A stretch of DNA of 64,000 nt from Solirubrobacterales bacterium (GTDB lineage Bacteria; Actinomycetota; Thermoleophilia; Solirubrobacterales; JACPNS01), in contig JBASWU010000101.1 of assembly GCA_049276635.1 (NCBI GenBank), forward strand, positions 6,414-70,413, read 5' to 3'. Numbering within the stretch: the first letter of the stretch is position 1; each line of letters starts with the position of its first letter. The position numbers and the translations under genes are program-made. Under the pieces are notes generated by a model. The model did not search any database and had not been told where the DNA came from. It was given only the letters and a program-made list of their open reading frames with translations. This document shows positions 19,195-27,588 of this stretch, one piece after another.

Positions 19195-20580
19195 ATGGCT
19201 AAAACAATGTTCGAAAAAATCTGGCGGGATCACGAGGTCGGCGATCAGCTCATTTACATCGATCTGCACCTCGTCCACGAAGTCACCTCACCGCAGGCCT
19301 TCGACGGCCTGCGGCTGGCCGGGCGCAAGGTCCGCCGCCCCGACCGCACGCTGGCCACGGCCGACCACAACGTCCCGACCGACGGCGCGACCACCCTGCC
19401 GCAAATCACCGACCAGCTCAGCCGCAAGCAGATCGAGGTCCTCGAGAACAACTGCGGAGAGTTCGGCGTGCCCATCTACTCGATCGGCTCGGTCCGTCAG
19501 GGGATCGTCCACGTGATCGGTCCGGAGCTGGGCGTCACCCAGCCTGGCATGACGATCGTCTGCGGCGACAGCCACACTGCAACGCACGGCGCCTTCGGCG
19601 CGCTGGCCTTCGGCATCGGCACCTCCGAGGTCGAACATGTGCTCGCCACGCAGGCCCTGCCACAGCGCAAACCAAAGTCGATGCGGATCAACTACACAGG
19701 CGAGCTCGGTTTCGGGGTCACGCCCAAGGACCTGATTCTCGCGACGATCGGCCGGATCGGCGTCGACGGCGGCAACGGTTACGTGATTGAATTCGCCGGC
19801 CCGGCGATCGAGCGCACTTCGATGGAAGGGCGCATGACGATCTGCAACATGACCATTGAGGCCGGCGGCCGGGCGGGGTTGATAGCGCCCGATGAGATCA
19901 CTTACGAGTGGGTCGAAGGACGCACCGCCGCGCCGCGAGATTTCGCCGACGCGGTCGAACGCTGGAAGCATCTGCCGACCGACGAGGGCGCGGGCTTCGA
20001 CCAAGAAATCTCCGTCGATGTTTCGACGCTGTCGCCGCAGGTCAGCTGGGGCACGACGCCGGCCATGGTCGCCCCGGTGACCGACAGCGTTCCCAATCCA
20101 GACGCCTATGAAAACCCAGCCGACCGCGAAGCCGCCGTACGCGCGCTCGAATATATGGATCTGCAGGCCGGAACCCCGATCCAGGAAATACAGCTCGACC
20201 GCGTCTTCATCGGCTCCTGCACCAACAGCCGCATCGGCGACCTGCGAGCCGCGGCGGAAGTGGTCAAGGGCCGTAAAGTCGCCGGCACGCTCAACGCGAT
20301 GGTTGTACCCGGCTCGGCACAGGTCAAGGAGCAGGCCGAAAAAGAGGGTCTCGACAAGATCTTCACTGACGCCGGCTTTGATTGGCGTAGCGCCGGCTGC
20401 TCGATGTGTCTCGGGATGAACCCCGACACGCTCGCTCCCGGCGAACGCTGCGCAAGCACCTCAAACCGCAACTTCGAAGGCCGTCAGGGCCGCGGTGGGC
20501 GGACACACCTGGTCAGCCCTCAGATGGCCGCGGCCGCGGCGATCGCCGGCCATTTCGTCGACATCAGAGAATGGGAGTAG
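19195..20580 (+). CDS. leuC: 3-isopropylmalate dehydratase large subunit
   Basis: [10 protein letters not shown]...[18 protein letters not shown] and the GSCTNSR / CSMCLGMN Fe-S cysteines. ATG at 19195 lies 6 nt after ggagg. Confidence 0.95.
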   Translation: MAKTMFEKIWRDHEVGDQLIYIDLHLVHEVTSPQAFDGLRLAGRKVRRPDRTLATADHNVPTDGATTLPQITDQLSRKQIEVLENNCGEFGVPIYSIGSVRQGIVHVIGPELGVTQPGMTIVCGDSHTATHGAFGALAFGIGTSEVEHVLATQALPQRKPKSMRINYTGELGFGVTPKDLILATIGRIGVDGGNGYVIEFAGPAIERTSMEGRMTICNMTIEAGGRAGLIAPDEITYEWVEGRTAAPRDFADAVERWKHLPTDEGAGFDQEISVDVSTLSPQVSWGTTPAMVAPVTDSVPNPDAYENPADREAAVRALEYMDLQAGTPIQEIQLDRVFIGSCTNSRIGDLRAAAEVVKGRKVAGTLNAMVVPGSAQVKEQAEKEGLDKIFTDAGFDWRSAGCSMCLGMNPDTLAPGERCASTSNRNFEGRQGRGGRTHLVSPQMAAAAAIAGHFVDIREWE

Positions 20581-20582
20581 CA

Positions 20583-21143
20583 ATGAAGGAAGTCAAGCAA
20601 GTGTCGGGTCCGGTCACCGTCCTCGACCGCAGCGACGTCGACACCGACCAGATCATCCCCAAGCAGTTCCTCAAACGCGTCGAGCGCACCGGGTTTGGCG
20701 AGTTCCTCTTCTACGACTGGCGCAAGGAGCCCGGATTTGATTTGCCGGCCAACCCGATTCTCGTCACCGGCCGCAACTTCGGCTGCGGATCGTCGCGCGA
20801 ACACGCGCCGTGGGCGCTCAGCGACTACGGCTTCAGCGCGATCATCGCACCGAGCTTTGCCGACATTTTCTACAACAACTGTTCCAAGAACGGCCTGGTC
20901 CTGGTGACCCTGACCGAGTCCGAAGTGCACGAGATCGGTGCGGCCGGCGAGGCGACCATCGACCTCCAGCGACAGGTCGTGACCGCCGGCGGCAAGGAGT
21001 ACGCGTTCGAGATCGATGAGGGAATCCGACACCGCTTGCTCAACGGTTTAGATGACATCTCGATCACCTTGCAAGACGAAGCCGCGATCGGCCGTTATGA
21101 GGCCGAACGCGAGCGCGCCGGACCGGTTACGACCGCGCTGTAG
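20583..21143 (+). CDS. leuD: 3-isopropylmalate dehydratase small subunit
   Basis: [22 protein letters not shown]...[17 protein letters not shown]. Starts 2 nt after leuC. Confidence 0.95.
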   Translation: MKEVKQVSGPVTVLDRSDVDTDQIIPKQFLKRVERTGFGEFLFYDWRKEPGFDLPANPILVTGRNFGCGSSREHAPWALSDYGFSAIIAPSFADIFYNNCSKNGLVLVTLTESEVHEIGAAGEATIDLQRQVVTAGGKEYAFEIDEGIRHRLLNGLDDISITLQDEAAIGRYEAERERAGPVTTAL

Positions 21144-21227
21144 GGCGCGCGGTCTAGATATGCCTGAAGCCGGCAATAAGCCGTGCGACAAAGCGCAGAG
21201 CTTGTCCAGCAAGGTTGGGGACCCGTC

Positions 21228-21256
21228 TGACAATGTCGGACAAGTCTCGATACTCT
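21228..21256 (+). promoter_or_regulatory. Candidate sigma-70-type promoter for the sigma-factor gene
   Basis: TGACAA (21228-21233), 17-nt spacer, TACTCT (21251-21256), about 60 nt upstream of the ATG at 21315. Pattern match only. Confidence 0.25.
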
Positions 21257-21314
21257 GACCCCTAGTACGGCAGCGCCCCTCCCGGCGCTGGTCTCTGCTC
21301 GTCCGCCAACTCCC

Positions 21315-22775
21315 ATGATCGACCAGAAACTTCCCGACGGTGCCGGGCCAGATCCCGGCGAGCGTCTGCTTGCGATGCGGGCCGCCGACGGCGACGCCGC
21401 CGCGGTCGCCGGGCTTTACGATCGCTACGAGAGGCGGCTCTACAACTACTGCCACCGGCTGACCAACAACGCCGAAGATGCGGCGGACGCCACGCAAGAA
21501 GCGTTCTGCAACGTCATTCAGCGCCTGCCCGGGCTCGACACGCAGACGCTCAACTTCGGCGCGTATCTCTACACCGCCGCGCGCAATGCGTCGCTCGACA
21601 TCATTAAGCAGTCAAAGCGGGCCGTCGCGACCGAGGACGTGCCCGAAGACCGCTTCGCGACGCTCGATGTGGAGGAGGACCCCGAGCGGTCGCTGATGAC
21701 CGGCGCCCAGCAAGAGGCCGCACGCGCCGCTAACGCCCGACTGCCCGAGAAGCAACGCGAGGTGCTGGCCCTCCGCGAAGTCGCCGAACTCAGCTACGAC
21801 GACATCGCGACGACGATGGAGATGAACCCGAACGCCGTCGCCCAGCTGATCTCCCGCGCTCGCTTGAACTTTTTCAAGCAGATGCGCGACGCATCGGTCG
21901 TGATCCCGCCGCTCGATGAGACCGGCGAACGCGCCATCGCGCTTGCCGCCGCGCGCCAAGACGGCCAGATCGCACCCGACGAACTCGACTGGCTCGAACA
22001 GCACCTGCTCACCGACGAGGCCAGCCGCATCAACGTCGAGGCGATGCACGAGTCGACGCGGATCTACCGCGCGATCACTCCGCTTGCGGTGATCGTCGCT
22101 CTGCGAAACGAGACGATCGCAAAGGCCGCCGAGCTCGTGTCGCACCGTACGGCGATCACCGCTCACGGCGGGGCGACCGCGGCCGGAGCGGGCGGACTCG
22201 GCCCGGTCGCCGGGGATTGGTCGTCCGAATCCGGCGAGCATCCCGTCGCCAAATCGACTCGCGCCAACGCCGGCCGCCGGGTGCGGATGGCCGCGGCCGC
22301 GGTTCTGACCGCCGGCATTTTGTCGCTGGCGGTGGTGACCGGTCTCTCCGACGACGACATCCGCCTGCTGGACACCAGCGGTCAGACCAGAGCTCCGGCG
22401 CGGTCCGCCGAGAACTCCGCGCCGACGGCCAAGTCCAAGTCACCGCGCTCGACCGCGGCCGACGTTGAGTCTCCGCCCGCCGAAGCCCCGGCGACCGCCG
22501 CCCCCGACGATCCGCCGGCCGACAAGCGGTCGCGCAAGGGTCGTGTCAAGGCCGAAAGCCAAATCAAGCACGGCGACCCGCCACCGCCGCCCGCGGCATC
22601 TCCGCCGGCCGGGCCGGAATCTCCGCCGGCCGATCCCGAGCCCGTGCCTACGCCGCCCGCGCCTCCGGCACCGACGGGCCCGACCGGCAAACCCCCGCGC
22701 CCGCCCCGTCCGCCGGTCCCGCCGATCGGTCCGATCTGCCTCAAGCCGCCTTGCAGCCCTCAGCCGATTCCATAA
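21315..22775 (+). CDS. ECF-type sigma-70 factor fused to an anti-sigma-like segment, one TM helix and a Pro-rich extracytoplasmic tail
   Basis: Region 2 (RLYNYCHRLTNNAEDAADATQEAF) and region 4 (LPEKQREVLALREVAELSYDDIATTMEMNPNAVAQLISRARLNF). Then DELDWLEQHLLTDEASRINVEAM (a ZAS-like helix without Cys), the TM helix MAAAAVLTAGILSLAVVTGL, and about 150 aa of P/A/S-rich tail. Confidence 0.8.
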   Translation: MIDQKLPDGAGPDPGERLLAMRAADGDAAAVAGLYDRYERRLYNYCHRLTNNAEDAADATQEAFCNVIQRLPGLDTQTLNFGAYLYTAARNASLDIIKQSKRAVATEDVPEDRFATLDVEEDPERSLMTGAQQEAARAANARLPEKQREVLALREVAELSYDDIATTMEMNPNAVAQLISRARLNFFKQMRDASVVIPPLDETGERAIALAAARQDGQIAPDELDWLEQHLLTDEASRINVEAMHESTRIYRAITPLAVIVALRNETIAKAAELVSHRTAITAHGGATAAGAGGLGPVAGDWSSESGEHPVAKSTRANAGRRVRMAAAAVLTAGILSLAVVTGLSDDDIRLLDTSGQTRAPARSAENSAPTAKSKSPRSTAADVESPPAEAPATAAPDDPPADKRSRKGRVKAESQIKHGDPPPPPAASPPAGPESPPADPEPVPTPPAPPAPTGPTGKPPRPPRPPVPPIGPICLKPPCSPQPIP

Positions 22776-22808
22776 AAAAAGGACAGCGCGGTGCCGGCCG
22801 CGCTGTCC
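22774..22808 (-). terminator. Intrinsic terminator, canonical for the minus-strand gene; the same hairpin also follows the sigma gene
   Basis: Perfect 11-bp stem GGACAGCGCGG / CCGCGCTGTCC (22781-22791 and 22798-22808) with a 6-nt loop. The A7 tract at 22774-22780 reads as U7 after the hairpin on the minus strand. Confidence 0.65.
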
Positions 22809-22869
22809 CATCTTCTCCCGGGGCCGAGAATCGCAAGCGATAACCCGGGTGAAGCCGTGTGTTCGGCGG

Positions 22870-23535
22870 TCAGCCGGTGATCACCGAAAGCGTTTTGTCG
22901 TCGAGGTAGCCCGTGGCCGTGTTATTGCTGACCGAGTGCTGAACCGATACGGTGTGCGGGCCTGGTGTGACCGCGATCGCGCGTTGTAGTGACGGGTTGC
23001 CGTATCGGACCTGGGCGTAGTCGATCGTGTTCGAGCAGAACGTCGACTGATTGCCGACGACGGCGCCGTCGAGCAGGATGCGCACGTACTGGCTGCGGTA
23101 GGCCGCCGGGTCAACGACGGCGCACTCGGCGTTGAACGTGACGAGCAGCTGCGTGGCGCCTTCAGGGGCCGTGATGTCGACCGAGCCTCCGCCGATCTCT
23201 TCGAAGACGGTCGATCCGACGGAGTCCGACAGGGTGCTGGACGACGTCGCCATCGGACCGTGGCTCCCGGTCGCTCCTGTTGCGCCGGTCGGCCCCTGAA
23301 GCGCCGCCTTGGCGGCCGCGTTTAGATCACTCGGCCCGACCGTGTTGTTCTTGACGTCGGCTCCGGTCAGCGAGCTGTTCCTGACGTCGGCTCCGGTCAG
23401 CGAGCTGTTCTTGACGCTCTTCCCGGTGATCAGCTTTCCGGCGACCGCGGTACCGCCGGCGACCGAAAGCAGGGCGAACGCTACGACCAGAACGAGGCCG
23501 GAGTTCCTGACATTGGTTTTGATGAATGAACGCAT
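22870..23535 (-). CDS. Secreted repeat protein of unknown function
   Basis: MRSFIKTNVRNSGLVLVVAFALLSVAGGTAVAG (signal peptide). Then KSVKNSSLTGADVRNSSLTGADVKNNTVGPSDL repeats, a short collagen-like GPTGATGATGSHGP, and a C-terminal beta-rich domain. AAGGAG lies 6 nt upstream of the ATG at 23535. Confidence 0.7.
   Translation of the reverse strand: MRSFIKTNVRNSGLVLVVAFALLSVAGGTAVAGKLITGKSVKNSSLTGADVRNSSLTGADVKNNTVGPSDLNAAAKAALQGPTGATGATGSHGPMATSSSTLSDSVGSTVFEEIGGGSVDITAPEGATQLLVTFNAECAVVDPAAYRSQYVRILLDGAVVGNQSTFCSNTIDYAQVRYGNPSLQRAIAVTPGPHTVSVQHSVSNNTATGYLDDKTLSVITG
23351..23410. repeat. 30-bp tandem direct repeat (2 copies plus a degenerate third) inside the secreted-protein CDS
   Basis: ttgacgtcggctccggtcagcgagctgttc / ctgacgtcggctccggtcagcgagctgttc differ at 1 nt. 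They encode (K/R)NSSLTGADV. Confidence 0.9.
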
Positions 23536-23678
23536 CGCTTGCTCCTTGTGAGTGTTGATTGAGTCGGTCTGGCTGCGAAGTGGCCCCATCTGGGTTTTTG
23601 TGCCGGGCGCCTTCGTCGGCCTTCTGGGGGTTCAACTGACGAGCGGTGCGTTTCTTACGGTCGCCGGCGAAAAATATT

Positions 23679-23690
23679 CGCGATATCGCG
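23679..23690. promoter_or_regulatory. Perfect 12-bp palindrome CGCGATATCGCG in an AT-rich patch upstream of leuB; candidate operator
   Basis: Read directly. It is 63 nt upstream of the leuB ATG, in the divergent spacer between leuB and the secreted-protein gene. Function is inferred only. Confidence 0.3.
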
Positions 23691-23752
23691 CAATACCGCA
23701 TGGTTGTGCCCAAACTCCACGGGGGTCTCTCTGCGTGTAGCCTTCCTCGCCG

Positions 23753-24784
23753 ATGCGCGACACGGCGAAAATCGTCACCCTGCCCGGCGACGGGATCGGT
23801 CCCGAGATCATGGACGCCGCCAAGCGCCTGATGTCGGCGCTCGGCGGCGTCGAGTGGGAGGACCACGATCTCGGCGGCGTCGCGATCGACAACCACGGCG
23901 TCGCTCTGCCCGCTTCGACGCTGGCGGCCGCCGAGCGTGCCGACGCCGTACTGCTCGCCGCCGTCGGCGGACCGAAGTGGGACTCGACCAACCCAGACGA
24001 CCCGCGGCCGGAGCAGGGCCTGCTCGGCATCCGCAAGGGACTGGACCTTTTCGCCAATCTGCGCCCGGTCAAGCCGATTCCGGCGCTCTACGGCAGCAGC
24101 CCGTTGCGCGAGGAGCGGATCGCCGGCACCGACCTGCTGGTCATCCGCGAACTGACCGGCGGCATCTACTTCGGCGAGAAAAAGCGCGAGGACGGCGTCG
24201 CCACCGACATCTGTTCCTACTCGGTCGCCGAGATCGAGCGCATCACCCGCGTGGCGTTCCGGTCCGCCCGCACGAAGGTCACCAGCGTCGACAAGGCGAA
24301 CGTGCTCGAAACTTCGCGGCTTTGGCGCGAGGTCGCCACCCGCGTGCACGACGAAGAATTCCCCGATATCCCGCTCGAGCACCTGCTTGTCGACAACGCC
24401 GCGATGCAGCTGGTCGCCGCTCCCAGTGAATTCGACGTGATCCTGACCGAAAACATGTTCGGCGACATTCTCAGCGACGAAGCGGCGATGATCACCGGCT
24501 CGATTGGGATGCTCCCGTCGGCGAGCATCGGCGGGGGCGGTCCCGGGCTATTTGAGCCGGTACACGGCTCGGCCCCGGACATCGCCGGCCGAGGCATCGC
24601 CAATCCGCTGGCGATGTTCCTCTCGACCGCGCTGATGCTGCGTCACGGCCTCGACCGAAAGGCCGACGCCGCGCGAGTAGAATCTGCGGTCGATTCCGTG
24701 CTTGCCGCGGGAGTGCGCACCACGGATCTCGGGGGCACCGCCGGCACGGCCGAGGTCGTTGAGGCCGTGATCGCGGCCCTCTAG
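23753..24784 (+). CDS. leuB: 3-isopropylmalate dehydrogenase
   Basis: IVTLPGDGIGPEI...NLRP...ENMFGDILSDEAAMITGSIGMLPSAS...HGSAPDIAG. Confidence 0.95.
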   Translation: MRDTAKIVTLPGDGIGPEIMDAAKRLMSALGGVEWEDHDLGGVAIDNHGVALPASTLAAAERADAVLLAAVGGPKWDSTNPDDPRPEQGLLGIRKGLDLFANLRPVKPIPALYGSSPLREERIAGTDLLVIRELTGGIYFGEKKREDGVATDICSYSVAEIERITRVAFRSARTKVTSVDKANVLETSRLWREVATRVHDEEFPDIPLEHLLVDNAAMQLVAAPSEFDVILTENMFGDILSDEAAMITGSIGMLPSASIGGGGPGLFEPVHGSAPDIAGRGIANPLAMFLSTALMLRHGLDRKADAARVESAVDSVLAAGVRTTDLGGTAGTAEVVEAVIAAL

Positions 24785-24838
24785 CCCGGACTCACCGCGG
24801 TCGATCTATAAATCACAACCCACGCACGAGGTACGTCC

Positions 24839-25774
24839 ATGCAGCCAACGCGATACATCTGGCAGAACGGAGAGTTCGTTCTTTGGGACGACGCGCGCGT
24901 GCATGTGCTGACCCACGGGCTTCACTACGGCACCGGGGTCTTCGAGGGAGTGCGTTGCTACGACACCGAACTGGGCCCGGCGATCTTTCGCGGCAAGGAC
25001 CACTTCGACCGGCTGCACCGCTCGGCCGGGTTGTATTACATGGAGATTCCCTATTCGCCGGCCGACCTGCTGCGGACGACCAAGCAACTGATCACACGTA
25101 ACGAGCTGACGAGTTGTTACATCAGGCCGATCGCGTTCCTAGGTTACGGCGAGATCGGGATCTTCCCGCTTAACTCGCGGGTCGACGTTGCGATCGCGGC
25201 GTGGGAGTGGGGCAGCTACCTCGGCGAGGACGGCAAGTCCAAGGGCATTCGCGCGAAAATCTCGTCTTGGCGCCGCATGGCTCCGGCCAGCTTCATCCCG
25301 CAGGCGAAGGCCAGCGGCCAGTACCTCAACTCGATTCTGGCGAAGGTCGAGTCACACAAGGCCGGTTACGACGAGGCGATCCTGCTCGACGAAAAGGAGT
25401 TCGTCTGCGAGGGCTCCGGCGAAAACATCTTCGTCATCCGCGACGGCAAAATCTCAACGCCGCCGCTGTCGGCCTCGATTCTTGAGGGCATCAGCCGCGA
25501 TTCCGTGATCCAGATCGCTCGTGGCGCCGGTTACGAGATCGTCGAGCGCAACATCACGCGCGCCGAGCTGTTTTTGGCCGACGAGGTCTTCATGACCGGA
25601 ACGGCCGCCGAACTCGTTCCCGTATGTGAGGTCGACGATCACGCAATCGGCGACGGACCCGGCGAGATCACCCGCGTCCTGCAGGGCAAGTTCGAAGACG
25701 CTCTGTTCGGCCGCTCGCCCGAGTACCACGAGTGGCTCGACGTCGTAGCAGCCGAAAAACCCGCGCAGGTGTAA
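24839..25774 (+). CDS. ilvE: Branched-chain amino acid aminotransferase (class IV)
   Basis: IWQNGEFV.W..A.VHVLTHGLHYGTGVFEG.RCY...KASGQYLNS.LAK.E...GYDEAILLD...EGSGENIF. Confidence 0.95.
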   Translation: MQPTRYIWQNGEFVLWDDARVHVLTHGLHYGTGVFEGVRCYDTELGPAIFRGKDHFDRLHRSAGLYYMEIPYSPADLLRTTKQLITRNELTSCYIRPIAFLGYGEIGIFPLNSRVDVAIAAWEWGSYLGEDGKSKGIRAKISSWRRMAPASFIPQAKASGQYLNSILAKVESHKAGYDEAILLDEKEFVCEGSGENIFVIRDGKISTPPLSASILEGISRDSVIQIARGAGYEIVERNITRAELFLADEVFMTGTAAELVPVCEVDDHAIGDGPGEITRVLQGKFEDALFGRSPEYHEWLDVVAAEKPAQV

Positions 25775-25878
25775 CATCGTCCAAGTGTCCGCAAGCCGGT
25801 CGATTCAACGCTCGGCCGGCGGACACGGCTTCCAGATCCAGATGACCTTTTTGAGTTTCAACGGACGAATTATCGGCG

Positions 25879-25923
25879 CCTGATCGGCAGGGGTCGGTCG
25901 CGCGCGCGATCGCACCGATCAGG
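25879..25923 (+). promoter_or_regulatory. Stable hairpin in the cimA 5' leader; candidate regulatory structure
   Basis: Perfect 9-bp inverted repeat CCTGATCGG (25879-25887) / CCGATCAGG (25915-25923) enclosing the palindrome TCGCGCGCGCGA. A 13-codon mini-ORF (25842-25883, MTFLSFNGRIIGA*) stops inside the 5' arm. The cimA ATG is at 25972. Confidence 0.3.
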
Positions 25924-25971
25924 AATCAGCGCTCGTCCATCGAAGACTCAATCAGTGAGGAAGTCCGTTCA

Positions 25972-27588
25972 ATGACACAGGTTCAGCTTTACGACACAAC
26001 GCTCCGCGACGGGATGCAGGGACAGGGCATGTCGCTGTCGGTCGACGAGAAGGTGCGTGTCGCACACGCGCTCGACGGCCTCGGCGTGCATTTCATCGAG
26101 GCCGGTTTTCCGAGCTCGAACCCGAAGGACCACGAGTTCTTCGAAGCACTGGCCCGGGAGTCGTTCGAAAACGCGGTCGTCGCGGCGTTCGGGATGACCC
26201 GCCGGCGAGGCGTCGCGGCGGCCGACGACGACGGACTGCGAATTCTGTCGGAGTCTTTCGCCCCGGTCTGCACGCTCGTCGGCAAAACCTGGACCTTGCA
26301 CCTTGAGAAGGTCACGAAAGTCTCTCGCGAGGAGAATCTCGCGATGATCGAGGAATCGGTGCGCTTCCTACGCGATCAGGGGAAGCGCGTGATCTACGAC
26401 GCCGAGCACTTTTACGACGCGTACCGCGATGATCGCGCCTATGCCCTCGAATGTGTCGCCGCGGCGGTCGGCGGCGGCGCCGAAACCGTCGCGCTCTGTG
26501 ACACCAACGGCGCGAGCCTGCCCTCGCAAGTCACGGTCGCGACGCGCGAGGTCGTCGAACACGTCGGCGCGCAAGCGCGCGTCGGCGTTCACACGCATAA
26601 CGACGCGGAGTGCGGGGTGGCCAATTCGATCGCCGGAATCGAGTCCGGCGCGACGCATGTGCAGGGCACCGTCAACGGGTACGGCGAGCGGACCGGCAAC
26701 GCCAACCTGATCTCGATCATCGCGAATCTGCAGATCAAACTCGACTACGAGTGCGTACCTGGCGACAAGCTTGGGCTGCTGACCGAGACGGCGCACCTGA
26801 TCGACGAGATCTGCAACGTTCAGCCCAACCCCAACCAGCCCTACGTCGGGATCAATGCCTTCGCTCATAAAGGCGGAATGCACGTGGCCGGAATGCTCGA
26901 GGACGCCGCGACGTTCGAACACATCGACCCGGAGATCGTCGGCAACGGCCGCACGGTCCTGATCTCCGAGCTGTCGGGCAAGGGCACAGTCCAGGCACGC
27001 GCCGTCGAGGCCGGAATCAAGGTCGACGCCGAGACCGCCGCTCGTGTCGTCGACCGCGTCAAGGAGCTCGAATCGCGCGGCTACCTCTTCGAGGCCGCGG
27101 ACGCCTCGTTCGATCTGCTGATCCGCAGGGAATCGGGCGACTACGAGCCGCTGTTCAAGTTGGAGTCCTGGCGCACGATCGCCGAGAAGCTCCAAGATGG
27201 CCGCGTTCAAACCGAGGCGACGATCAAGATCTGGGTCGGCGGCGAACGCTACGTGCGCACGGCCGAGGGCAACGGGCCGGTCAACGCGCTTGACAAGGCA
27301 CTGCGCGAGGCGATCGGCGAGACCTATCCGCACCTCAAGGACATCGACCTCGTCAACTTCAAGGTCCGCATCCTCAACGAGACAAAAGGCACGGGGGCGG
27401 TCACCCGCGTTCTGCTCGACGCGTCCGACGGACGGACGACGTGGGGTGCGATCGGCGTCTCGGAAAACATCATCGAGGCCTCGTGGGAGGCGCTTGTCGA
27501 CGCGCTTGAGTTCGGCATGCAGCCCGGTCGGCGCGACGTCGAGACCGAGCCGGCGAGCAACTTCCCGAGCGCGGCCGGCACGCCGTGA
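25972..27588 (+). CDS. cimA: (R)-citramalate synthase (LeuA/CimA family, long CimA-type)
   Basis: MTQVQLYDTTLRDGMQGQGMSLSVDEKVRVAHALDGLGVHFIEAGFPSSNPKD matches the CimA-clade N-terminus and is distinct from the leuA at 15655. It has the C-terminal LeuA_dimer domain. Assignment as CimA rather than a second LeuA is by family resemblance. Confidence 0.8.
   Translation: MTQVQLYDTTLRDGMQGQGMSLSVDEKVRVAHALDGLGVHFIEAGFPSSNPKDHEFFEALARESFENAVVAAFGMTRRRGVAAADDDGLRILSESFAPVCTLVGKTWTLHLEKVTKVSREENLAMIEESVRFLRDQGKRVIYDAEHFYDAYRDDRAYALECVAAAVGGGAETVALCDTNGASLPSQVTVATREVVEHVGAQARVGVHTHNDAECGVANSIAGIESGATHVQGTVNGYGERTGNANLISIIANLQIKLDYECVPGDKLGLLTETAHLIDEICNVQPNPNQPYVGINAFAHKGGMHVAGMLEDAATFEHIDPEIVGNGRTVLISELSGKGTVQARAVEAGIKVDAETAARVVDRVKELESRGYLFEAADASFDLLIRRESGDYEPLFKLESWRTIAEKLQDGRVQTEATIKIWVGGERYVRTAEGNGPVNALDKALREAIGETYPHLKDIDLVNFKVRILNETKGTGAVTRVLLDASDGRTTWGAIGVSENIIEASWEALVDALEFGMQPGRRDVETEPASNFPSAAGTP

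Noticed and set aside
23351-23410. The 30-bp tandem repeat considered as a possible CRISPR array or minisatellite
   Set aside because: The repeats are directly adjacent with no spacers. They lie in frame inside a CDS and encode a peptide repeat.
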